Shown here one piece after another: positions 7,903 to 20,491 of a stretch of DNA of 37,685 nucleotides. The notes under the pieces were generated by a model. The model was not told the DNA's origin. It saw only the letters and a list, made by a program, of their open reading frames with translations, and searched no databases. Made by a program: the position numbers and the translations under genes. The stretch is taken from contig CBFGIY010000016.1 of the NCBI GenBank assembly GCA_965648935.1, positions 1 to 37,685 of the forward strand, written 5' to 3'. Every line of letters begins with the position of its first letter. Positions within the stretch are counted from its first letter, which is position 1. This stretch comes from a candidate division WOR-3 bacterium. GTDB lineage: Bacteria > Hydrothermota > Tepidihabitantia > Tepidihabitantales > Tepidihabitantaceae.

Positions 7903-10223
7903 GGTGGTGAACCTCCTAGGTTTTGGCCGATACTAGCCTGCCGGACGGGTTTGTCAAGCCGGCGTCCTAGCGCGAGACCCAGTCCGAGCAACAGACCCAG
8001 GATCGACAGCGCTGTCGCGAGCCGCACCAGGCGTGTATCGTAAAAGAACTCAATCTCGCTTCGACCGGGTGAGAGAGCCACAGCGCGCAGAGCGCCATTG
8101 GCGCGCAGTACGGGCACGTACCGGCCATTGATTCGCGCCCGCCAGCGCGGGTGATACATCTCGGAAAGCAGCAGCAACCCGCCACTATCAGCCTCAACGA
8201 CCAGTCTCATTCGATCAGCAGTGCGTTCGGTAACTGCCACACTGTCGCGTCCCCCGAACCGGGCAGCGATGCCCGGCTCGGCTTGAAGCAGCACCACGCT
8301 ATGCAGGTCATACATCGGATCGGACAACCACGCCAGAACTGTGTCGCGCTCAGGCAAAACGACCCACTGGCCGAAGACTCTCGCCCGAGGCAGAGCGCGC
8401 GGGTTGGTGTCCACGGTCATCACGCCACGCTCGTGGTCAACATTGACGCGCCACTCAGCGTTAAGCAGGTCAGCCCTGCGCTTTGGATCGAGCCGGTCCA
8501 GCGCCGCGTGGTCGGCCAGACGCAACGGCGAGAACCCGTCTAACAACTCCACCCCTTCAAGCATCCCCTGGTTGGCACGCAACAGCGTCACGTCACCAGA
8601 GCGCGAGTCGACACGAAACGTCTTCTCCTCGGCGGCGACACGCAGTCTGCGCACGATGCTGTTCTCGGCGTAGTATTCGCCCGGTGCGATCGTGCCTCGG
8701 CTGAAGTTCCAGCCGAAAACCCCAAGGTCGAGCGCGACCAGTCCGACGGCGAACGCAACCCCAAAGCGGCGTCCGCGCGACAGCAACCAGAGCATCCCGA
8801 CCGACACGATGACCAGACCAAGCGCGACTGCCGACTGGCGCACCGCATTAGAGTAAAGCTCCGGCTGAGCCATTCCATCGCCGAGCGAGTTCAGCGCGCC
8901 CGACGCAAGCAGGCCAAACCCAAGCGCACAGACCACGGCGAACGCCAAACCGAAGTGCAGCCAGCGCCGCGCGCGCCATGGCTCACTCTTCAGGATGTCC
9001 AGCCCGTATCCAGCCAGTACCCCGACGGACAACGCGAACACCGCGCCCAACCGCGCCGGCACCCGAAAGAGCCTGAACCCGGGCAACAGCTTGTAAGCCA
9101 GCCAGTGCAGAGGGGTGAGCCGGCCCAGCGCCAGCAGCAGGGCCGACGCGCCGAGGACGGCGAAGAACAGCCGTCGTCTGTCCCGCCCCAAGGCCGCACC
9201 TATGGCCAGCACAAGTGGCAATATGCCGGCGTAGATGCAGGTCTCCCAGTAGAGAAACCTTTGCCCGCCGCCCCAGTAGCGCACCGTATCGTTGATACCG
9301 CCTGCAATACTGCCGAAGAACTTGGGCACAAACAGGAGAAGCGGCAGAGTTGGGGGCAGCGCGCCCGCGGCCGCATCCGACCAGCCCATCACGGCACGCA
9401 CGGTCCAGCGGGCGTTGTCCAGAGCGGGAAGAAAAGCTGGAGCCGAAACCAGAAGCCCGATACCGAGCAGCACGCAGAGCCCAAGCAGATGCCCGACGAT
9501 ACGATGGCGCTCGACTCGCCAAGCCGTGCCGACAGCCCAAGTCCGATGCAGCACCACTGCATAGGCAATCATAGCCGCGGCCTGCGGATGCCCGGCAAGA
9601 CAGGCCGTACCAAGCGCAAGGCCGGCAGAGGCCGCCGGCTTCAATGAGTGTCTCTCAGCAGAGCGAATCTCCAGCAGCAATACCAGCGGTAGCCAGGTCA
9701 GCGTTGAGACGAACGAAACGTGCACTGTATGGGTGACAAAGAAGCCGCCCAGGCCGTAGACCATTCCCGCGACCAGCGCGGCCGGCTGCGATAGCCTCAG
9801 TTCCCTGCCAAGCAGGAACGCGAAAGCCGCGGCCCCGAACACGTGCAGGACCACCTTGAGCTCGACCAGCCAATACACCCATGCCCGGTCTGGCGAAGAC
9901 AACGCGGCCAGAAGCCAGTTCACCGGGTAGAACACGCCCGACTGCACGTCGGCGAGGAACGGCATCCCAGCGAAGACATACGGATTCCACATAGGAAGGC
10001 TCAGTCCGCGCAGGCACGCGAACAGGTAGTAGTGGTACGGATAGTAGAAATAGAGCACGTCGTCCCAGAGCCAGCGCCGCCCCAACAGCACTTCAAGGAA
10101 CAGCGACGCGGCTCCGGCACCGAGCATTGCCAGCGCCAGCCAAGACGGCAGCCCGCGCTCTGCCGACTGGTCACGCCGCGCCGGCTGGAGACCTGCCTTG
10201 CTCCGCGCCCGGTTCTGTTTCAT
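7899..10223 (-). CDS. YfhO-family multi-pass membrane protein (GT-C glycosyltransferase-like)
   Basis: DD..YFYYP, PMWNPYVFAGMPFLADVQSGVFYP, FRVPAR, C-terminal LSEMYHPRWRA...ANGALRAV. Confidence 0.85.
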   Translation of the reverse strand: MKQNRARSKAGLQPARRDQSAERGLPSWLALAMLGAGAASLFLEVLLGRRWLWDDVLYFYYPYHYYLFACLRGLSLPMWNPYVFAGMPFLADVQSGVFYPVNWLLAALSSPDRAWVYWLVELKVVLHVFGAAAFAFLLGRELRLSQPAALVAGMVYGLGGFFVTHTVHVSFVSTLTWLPLVLLLEIRSAERHSLKPAASAGLALGTACLAGHPQAAAMIAYAVVLHRTWAVGTAWRVERHRIVGHLLGLCVLLGIGLLVSAPAFLPALDNARWTVRAVMGWSDAAAGALPPTLPLLLFVPKFFGSIAGGINDTVRYWGGGQRFLYWETCIYAGILPLVLAIGAALGRDRRRLFFAVLGASALLLALGRLTPLHWLAYKLLPGFRLFRVPARLGAVFALSVGVLAGYGLDILKSEPWRARRWLHFGLAFAVVCALGFGLLASGALNSLGDGMAQPELYSNAVRQSAVALGLVIVSVGMLWLLSRGRRFGVAFAVGLVALDLGVFGWNFSRGTIAPGEYYAENSIVRRLRVAAEEKTFRVDSRSGDVTLLRANQGMLEGVELLDGFSPLRLADHAALDRLDPKRRADLLNAEWRVNVDHERGVMTVDTNPRALPRARVFGQWVVLPERDTVLAWLSDPMYDLHSVVLLQAEPGIAARFGGRDSVAVTERTADRMRLVVEADSGGLLLLSEMYHPRWRARINGRYVPVLRANGALRAVALSPGRSEIEFFYDTRLVRLATALSILGLLLGLGLALGRRLDKPVRQASIGQNLGGSPP
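7930..7957 (-). promoter_or_regulatory. Internal sigma70-like promoter within the yfhO 3' end
   Basis: TTGACA-N16-TAGTAT upstream of AGGAGG and the GTG at 7902. Confidence 0.65.
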
Positions 10224-10224
10224 C

Positions 10225-11898
10225 CTAACGCACCGTGACCAGCGCGCGCAGGGTCTCGAGTTTCTTCGGCCCGATGCCGCGCACGTTCAGCAGGTCATCG
10301 ACCGAACCGAACCGACCGAACTTGCTCCGGTACTCGACAATGCGCTCCGCCGTGCGCGGCCCGATCCCGGGCAGGGCGATCAAAGCTCCAACGCCGGCAG
10401 TGTTTATGTTGACCAGTCCAGACGTAGCGGCAGGCCGCGTCAGGCCGGGCCCGGCCGGTAGACGACGCGGTATCGGTTCGGGTCGCAGCGTGTCGCTCGC
10501 TAGGGCCGCGCTTATCCAGTCCAAGGTGAGGTTGGCAGGCAGGCCGTGCGCGTCGAACCCGAGCTCGCTGCGGGCATAGAGGGCTGCCGTCGTGACCACG
10601 CGGTAAGGCCCGAGCTTGCGCTGGCGCACCCGCGGCCGCATGACGCGCCCCGCCGCAGGCCACGCCGCCGTGTCCCCTTCAACATAGTAATCGATGCCCC
10701 AAGCAGGCAGAGCAGGGCTGTTTGCGTCCGAAGCCGCGTTCGCCACAAGCCGGGCCAGAGCTGTATCGTCCAGTCCGACCACGATCAGGCGCTCACCGTA
10801 GGGTACCGCTGCGGCCAGATCACGCATCCCGGCGCGGCCTGCCGCAAGGCCACCGGCCAACGCCGACCACGGGAGCAACGCCAAGTCGGCTCGGTGCCGG
10901 GCCGCAACAAGGCGGCAGACGGTAGCGCCCAGCGACAGGACCCCGGCGCTGTCCAAACCAAACTCGACCGCAACGACACAACGGACCGTGTCCGGCCCTG
11001 TAACCGAGTCAGCCCTCGCGACCAGCCGGCCGACTCGCTCCGAGCCCGGCTCGCCCGGCTCGACCACGACTGAATTGTACTCAAGACACTGCACCGAGCG
11101 GGTGGTCCTGTCAACCAGCAGGTCAAGCACGCCGACACGCTGACCCAACCTCCCTGCCGGCACCACGGCGCACGACTTCGACCCGAACCGCATCAAGCTG
11201 CCATCGGCCGCCCCAGCGACGACGATGTCGACTCCGTCAACGCTGTCGGCAATGAGCCGGGCCCCCTCTGCCCCGATATACCCGATCACCAAAGTGACAT
11301 GGGCTGATTCGCGGGCCGCAGCAGCGACAAACCGACGACACTGGGCGAGCACCGGCTCGTCCGGAATGCCGGGTACATCAGAAGGATGGTTCAACGCACG
11401 GGTCTCTGGGTCCAGCAGCCCGACCACGGCAACCTTCAAGTCGTTACGCTGAAGCAGGACGTAGGGCCGGAACAGCGGCGCGCGCCGGCGCAGAGCCACG
11501 TCGAGCATCGGGTCCGAGACGACCGGGAATGCGGCCGACAAGGCCAACATTTCGAGGTTCTCGAGTCCTCCCGAGAAGTCGCGCGCGCCGACCGCGGCCG
11601 CGTCACATCCGACCGCGTTGAGCAGCTCGACACCGAGCCGGCCGCGCGAAGCATCGCCTTCGAGCGACCCGAACGCGAAGTTGCCGCAGTCAAGGTGGAG
11701 GGCCGGCCGCGCGCGAAGGCTGTCCAACGTGCGTTCCAGCCCGGCCCAACCGCCCAGACGGCGGCGCGGAACCCCGCTCGAAAGGAAATCAGCCCCGTCA
11801 CGGCTTCGTGCGCAGAGGTCCGCGGTCAGTAGCAGGCGCAGCGACGCAGGGGGCTGGGCCGGCAGCGCGCAGACAAGTGACACCAGCAGCACGAGCAT
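10225..11898 (-). CDS. Exported degenerate 5'-nucleotidase-like protein fused to a C-terminal ComEA helix-hairpin-helix domain
   Basis: Start reassigned to ATG 11898 (signal peptide). UshA-like scaffold (PYVLLQRNDLKVAVVGL, DIVVAG, VPYGE) and C-terminal VNINTA...LPGIGPRTAERIVEYR...VRGIGPKKLE. Confidence 0.8.
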   Translation of the reverse strand: MLVLLVSLVCALPAQPPASLRLLLTADLCARSRDGADFLSSGVPRRRLGGWAGLERTLDSLRARPALHLDCGNFAFGSLEGDASRGRLGVELLNAVGCDAAAVGARDFSGGLENLEMLALSAAFPVVSDPMLDVALRRRAPLFRPYVLLQRNDLKVAVVGLLDPETRALNHPSDVPGIPDEPVLAQCRRFVAAAARESAHVTLVIGYIGAEGARLIADSVDGVDIVVAGAADGSLMRFGSKSCAVVPAGRLGQRVGVLDLLVDRTTRSVQCLEYNSVVVEPGEPGSERVGRLVARADSVTGPDTVRCVVAVEFGLDSAGVLSLGATVCRLVAARHRADLALLPWSALAGGLAAGRAGMRDLAAAVPYGERLIVVGLDDTALARLVANAASDANSPALPAWGIDYYVEGDTAAWPAAGRVMRPRVRQRKLGPYRVVTTAALYARSELGFDAHGLPANLTLDWISAALASDTLRPEPIPRRLPAGPGLTRPAATSGLVNINTAGVGALIALPGIGPRTAERIVEYRSKFGRFGSVDDLLNVRGIGPKKLETLRALVTVR

Positions 11899-11904
11899 AC
11901 CCTG

Positions 11905-11932
11905 AATATACCCTCCCGTGGCTGTTGTGCAA
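11905..11932 (-). promoter_or_regulatory. Sigma70-like promoter of the ComEA-fusion gene (probably leaderless)
   Basis: TTGCAC-N16-TATATT, 6 nt to ATG at 11898. Confidence 0.6.
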
Positions 11933-11947
11933 GGCACGGCGGCCAGC

Positions 11948-11975
11948 TTGACAGCCTCCGGGATGCTCCTAGAAT
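11948..11975 (+). promoter_or_regulatory. Sigma70-like promoter of spt (leaderless or near-leaderless)
   Basis: TTGACA-N16-TAGAAT, 8 nt to ATG at 11984; no SD. Confidence 0.75.
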
Positions 11976-11983
11976 GGCCGGCG

Positions 11984-13171
11984 ATGGACCTCTTCACCAA
12001 GTGCGACGAGTTCTACCCGATCGTAGACCGAGCCAAGAAGCAGGGCTACTACCCGTACTTCATCCCGCTTGATTCCGAGCCGGACCGACGCGTGGTGATT
12101 CACGGGAAAGAGCTGATAATGCTCGGATCGAACAACTACCTCGGCCTGACCACGCACCCGAAGGTCAAAGAAGCCGCCCTCGCAGCGATCCGCAAGTATG
12201 GCACCGGCTGCACCGGCTCGCGCTTCATGAACGGCACGCTCGACCTGCACGTCAAGCTCGAGGCCGAGCTCGCGCACTTCTACAAGAAAGAAGCCTGCCT
12301 GGTCTTCTCAACCGGATACCAGACCAGCCTCGGCGTTGTCTCGGCCCTCGCGCGCAAGGGCGACGTCGTTATCGCCGACAAGCTCGACCATGCCTCAATA
12401 ATGGACGGATGCCAGATGTCATTCGGCACGGTCAAGCGCTTCCTGCACAACGACCCGGCCTCACTCGAGAAGGTCCTTGCCGGAATTGGTCGCGACTCGG
12501 GCAAGTTCATCGTGGTTGATGGCGTGTTCTCAGTCGAGGGCGACCTTGCACCGCTGGACAGAATTGTGCCCGCCGCGCGGCGCCACCACGCCAGGGTAAT
12601 GGTCGACGACGCCCACGCGGTCGGCGTTGTCGGCAAGCACGGCCGCGGCACCGCCGAGCACTTCGGCGTCGAAGACAAGGTCGACCTGGTGATGGGCACC
12701 TTCTCCAAGTCCTTCGCGACCATCGGCGGCTACGTCGTCGGCGCGCACAAAGTCATCACATTCATCCGCCACAACGCCCGTTCAATGCTATTCTCGGCCG
12801 CGATACCGCCGACCGCGGCCGCGACCGTTCTGGCCGCGCTGGAGATAATCAAGTCCGAGCCCGAACGCCGGGCCCGGCTTTGGAAGACCGCCCGCAAGAT
12901 GATTGACGGACTGAGCTCGATGGGTTACGACATCGGCACCACGGTCACGCCTATCATACCGATTCACATCGGCGACCAGATGAAGACGCTGCTCTTCTGG
13001 CGCCAGCTCTACGACGCCGGCATCTTCGCCAACGCCTTCGTGCCGCCCGGTGTGCCGCCCAACCGCTCCTGCATCCGCACGTCCTACATGGCGACTCATA
13101 CCGACGAGGACACTGACCAGGCACTGGAGATATTCGAGAAGGTCGGCCGCGCCACCGGCATCATCACTTGA
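11984..13171 (+). CDS. Alpha-oxoamine synthase, serine palmitoyltransferase-like (PLP class II)
   Basis: Start MDLFTKC; GYYPYF, GSNNYLGL, GTGCTGSRFMNGT, HASIMDG, DDAH, PLP-lysine motif GTFSKS. Confidence 0.85.
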   Translation: MDLFTKCDEFYPIVDRAKKQGYYPYFIPLDSEPDRRVVIHGKELIMLGSNNYLGLTTHPKVKEAALAAIRKYGTGCTGSRFMNGTLDLHVKLEAELAHFYKKEACLVFSTGYQTSLGVVSALARKGDVVIADKLDHASIMDGCQMSFGTVKRFLHNDPASLEKVLAGIGRDSGKFIVVDGVFSVEGDLAPLDRIVPAARRHHARVMVDDAHAVGVVGKHGRGTAEHFGVEDKVDLVMGTFSKSFATIGGYVVGAHKVITFIRHNARSMLFSAAIPPTAAATVLAALEIIKSEPERRARLWKTARKMIDGLSSMGYDIGTTVTPIIPIHIGDQMKTLLFWRQLYDAGIFANAFVPPGVPPNRSCIRTSYMATHTDEDTDQALEIFEKVGRATGIIT

Positions 13172-14304
13172 GCCCGGTCACGGTTCGCCCGGTCGCGTCC
13201 CGCTCGGACCTCGACCGATTCATCAAGCTCCCTCATGAGCTCTACCGCACCGACCCCAACTGGGTTGCGCCGCTCTCCGGCGACCTGCGAGCCGCCCTCA
13301 CCCCGGGCCGCTCGCCGTTCTGGCTCCACGCCCGGCGCGAGTTGCTTCTGGCCGAGCGTGACGGCAAGACTGTGGGTCGGGTCGCGGCCATCGTCGACGA
13401 CAACTACAACGAACACAACCGCCACCGGCCGGTGCGCACCGCCTTCTTCGGCTGGTTCGAGTCGATCGACGACGAAGCTGTCGCACGCGAGCTGTTCGCC
13501 GCGGCCGACAGGTTCGCCCGGACCCAAGGCTGCGGCCGCATCGTCGGTCCGGCCAATCCGTCGCTGGGTGACGAGGCCGGTCTGCTGATCGAGCCATTTG
13601 ACTCGCCGCCGATGGTCAAAATGCCCTACAACCCGCCGCACTATGCCCGTCTCATGGAGCAGTGCGGCTTCACCAAGGCGATGGACCTTCTCGCCTATCT
13701 CGTCCCGGTTGACCAGCCCGTGCCCGAGAAGGTCGAGCGAGTGATGCGGCGGCTCAAGGCCAAGCCCGGGCTGGAGGTGCGACCGCTTGACCTCAAGCAA
13801 TTGGGCCGCGACGTGCGCCTGATCAAGGATGTGTACAACGACTCCTGGTCCGGCAACTGGGACTTTGCTCCGATGACCGAGGCCGAGATGGACGACCTCG
13901 CGCGCCAAGTCAGGCCGATTCTCGTCGCGGACCTTTGCCCGCTGGTGTTCTACGACGGCGAACCCGCCGGTATCTGCATTGCCCTGCCTGACTACAACCA
14001 GATTCTCCGGCCGATGCGCGGCCGGCTCTGGCCCTTCGGGTTTCTGCGCCTGCTCTTCGGCCGGGGATCGATCAGCCAGTGCCGGCTCTGGGCACTGGGA
14101 GTCAAGCAGAAGTTCCACAATCTGGGTTTCGACGCCCTGCTCTACTACGAATCATTCCAGGGCGCGCGCCGGCTCGGTTACCGACGCGGCGAGGTATCCT
14201 GGATTCTGGAGACCAACGAGGACATCATCCGTCCCATCAGACTATGGGGCGGCCGCAAGTACAAGACCTACCGCGTGTATCAGCGGTCCGTCGGCACAAC
14301 CTAG
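13168..14304 (+). CDS. YghO-like GNAT N-acyltransferase (bacterial ceramide synthase-like)
   Basis: TTG overlaps the spt stop; DPNWVAPL, VGRVAA, FFGWFE, MPYNPPHY, NWDFAPMT, SWILETN, KTYRVY. Confidence 0.8.
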   Translation: MSPVTVRPVASRSDLDRFIKLPHELYRTDPNWVAPLSGDLRAALTPGRSPFWLHARRELLLAERDGKTVGRVAAIVDDNYNEHNRHRPVRTAFFGWFESIDDEAVARELFAAADRFARTQGCGRIVGPANPSLGDEAGLLIEPFDSPPMVKMPYNPPHYARLMEQCGFTKAMDLLAYLVPVDQPVPEKVERVMRRLKAKPGLEVRPLDLKQLGRDVRLIKDVYNDSWSGNWDFAPMTEAEMDDLARQVRPILVADLCPLVFYDGEPAGICIALPDYNQILRPMRGRLWPFGFLRLLFGRGSISQCRLWALGVKQKFHNLGFDALLYYESFQGARRLGYRRGEVSWILETNEDIIRPIRLWGGRKYKTYRVYQRSVGTT

Positions 14305-15243
14305 CGCGGCAGGAAAGTCTGCATAACCGCCTCGACCTGGCTCACCTGGTCGAGCTTCTTCTTTCCCGGGTTGAACACATAGCCATCGAGTAGGTAGTAG
14401 CGGTCCTGGAAGTTGAAGGCGTAGGTCACAAACGGCCCGCCCGCGGTGATAGCGTTGTTCTGCCAGATACCTTCGACCCGCAGCGCCGCTACGCCGAGAA
14501 ACTCGATCGACTCGGACCGGCAGCGCGAGCGGTCGGCCGAATCGCCCTTGTAGAATCGACCGGTCAGGTTGTCACGCAAGTCCAGCACCGAATCGGGATC
14601 GAGCGGGCCGAGAGTGTCGCGCCAGTGAATCGCCACACCCTTGTCCGGGAAATGGCCGAAGACGTAGACAAAGTGTTCTGCGGCGGCCGCATCGTTGACC
14701 AGCCAGTCCTTGGGCACGTCCACCGCGAACGAGAATCGCTCCGCAAGGCTATCGGTGCGCGCGCGGTCTGCCCCACGCAGGTAAGCTGCCCTTGCGGCCT
14801 GGGCCAGCACTACCTCGCGCACAGTGTGACGCAGGCGCGGCCCATAGAGCTCCAGCCCGGGCACAAGCAGACTTTCGGCCGCGGCCGCGAACACGATCAC
14901 GACCTGGTTACGCACCCACGCGTTGGGGAAGCGGAACAGGCCGTACTCGCCCATTGGGAGCGAATCCAGCCGCGCACCTAGGATGCCGCGCAGTAGAGTG
15001 TCGCGCGCCGTGCCGACCAGCAGGAGCAAGCGGAACTTCGAATAGGTTTCGAACTTGTCCTCGGTGCCGACACGCAGGCGAAACTCGGTCTCAGGCTGGG
15101 GCGTCACGACCGCTCGGCCGAAGAGCGACTCGACCACTGGTTGCACCAGTTCCCAGTGCGGCGAGACCACGGTCACCTCACGCAGCGGCCCGACCGCCAT
15201 CGGCGGCAGAGTCTGGCATCCGACCGCGGCGAAGAGCAGCAGG

Positions 15244-15269
<26 letters not shown>
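14301..15269 (-). CDS. DUF4837-like lipoprotein
   Basis: Probable GTG at 15269 after AAGGA; lipobox AVGC; TPQPE, GIW...GGPFVTY, GYVFNPGKKK. Confidence 0.7.
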
Positions 15270-19389
<4,120 letters not shown>

Positions 19390-19395
19390 CAAGTG

Positions 19396-20427
19396 GTGAA
19401 GAAGACATTGCTGCTGTGCGCGCTGTTCAGCCTGCCGGCCCTTGCCGGCCCGGTCGGCAGGTACCTCGGACTCCGCCTCGGGCGCACCGCGGTCTTCGCC
19501 CATGTCGGCCGTGACTCATTCCACTACATCTTCGGCGGCGACAGCATCTTCGACCGTGCCTACACCGACACCACGCGGGTCGTCGCCGAGACCGTGTACG
19601 CCGGCGCGCCGGCCTGGCTGGTGCGGCGCATCACTGTCCGAAACGGCGTGCCCTCGGCGTCGGTCGATACGCTCGTTGAGTCGGGCGACACGCTGCTGCG
19701 CGCGCGCGTCAGCCTGCTCTTCGCTTCGCAATGGGCCAATCAGCATCGCGTGCCCTTTGACTCGGGCCGCGCCTGGCCCATGGGCCTTGCCGGCACCTAC
19801 ATCGGCGAGTTCACCGGCGACACCATCATCGATACGCTCACGGTCTGGGCCGACACCGCGCGCGTGGCCGGCCGCGAAACCGTCACCGTGCCGGCTGGCA
19901 CCTTCGCTGACTGCGCGCGTATCGAGCGCCGTCTGCGCCAGCGTTTTGCCACCACCGTCGACACCCTGCGCGTGCTCGAAAGCGCCTATGTCCGGCTCAC
20001 TGAGTGGTACAAGGACTCGCTCTGCCCTGTGAAAGACACGACGGTCGCCACGGGCCGCATCTACACGCGGTTTCTCATCTGGATACCGGTCGCCGACTTC
20101 GTATCCTGGGACATCGGCCGGCTCACCGACATCAGCGTCGCGCTGGCCGAGGCCGCGCCGTCCCGGCCGCCGGCGCGCGTCACCGCCACGCCCAACCCGT
20201 TCCGCTCATCGACCACCCTGCAATGCCAGCCGGCGATCGCCACGCGCCATTCTTCGCTGTACCTGTACGACGCATCGGGCCGCCTCATCCTGTCCCGCCC
20301 TCTGGCCGACCCAGCTGGCCACCGGCACTCGTCAGCATTCTTCCTCGACCTGGCGATTCTGCCATCGGGCACCTACTTCGCGGTCTTCCCGGGCCAGCGT
20401 CCGCTGGCTCTGGTCAAGACCAATTGA
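19396..20427 (+). CDS. Secreted beta-rich protein with T9SS-type/Por-like C-terminal sorting domain
   Basis: Signal peptide MKKTLLLCALFSLPALA; ETVTVPAGTFADC motif; C-terminal PNPF...YDASGRL...LPSGTYF. Confidence 0.8.
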   Translation: MKKTLLLCALFSLPALAGPVGRYLGLRLGRTAVFAHVGRDSFHYIFGGDSIFDRAYTDTTRVVAETVYAGAPAWLVRRITVRNGVPSASVDTLVESGDTLLRARVSLLFASQWANQHRVPFDSGRAWPMGLAGTYIGEFTGDTIIDTLTVWADTARVAGRETVTVPAGTFADCARIERRLRQRFATTVDTLRVLESAYVRLTEWYKDSLCPVKDTTVATGRIYTRFLIWIPVADFVSWDIGRLTDISVALAEAAPSRPPARVTATPNPFRSSTTLQCQPAIATRHSSLYLYDASGRLILSRPLADPAGHRHSSAFFLDLAILPSGTYFAVFPGQRPLALVKTN

Positions 20428-20446
20428 TACAGCCAGTCCGAAGCAA

Positions 20447-20477
20447 GACGGGCCGCGGCAGAGCGCCGCGGCCCGTC
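20447..20477. terminator. Perfect 13-bp hairpin between convergent genes (candidate bidirectional terminator)
   Basis: GACGGGCCGCGGC-agagc-GCCGCGGCCCGTC. Confidence 0.7.
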
Positions 20478-20491
20478 CGGAAGTCCAATCG

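Noticed and set aside
11911..11917. GGGAGGG as the SD for the ComEA-fusion gene
   Set aside because: It lies about 12 nt from the ATG and between the -35 and -10 boxes, so it is upstream of the predicted TSS; kept only as a caveat to the leaderless call
11984..13171. Annotation as bioF or kbl
   Set aside because: Not excluded, but GTFSKS and coupling to a bCerS-like GNAT favour Spt; gene symbol withheld
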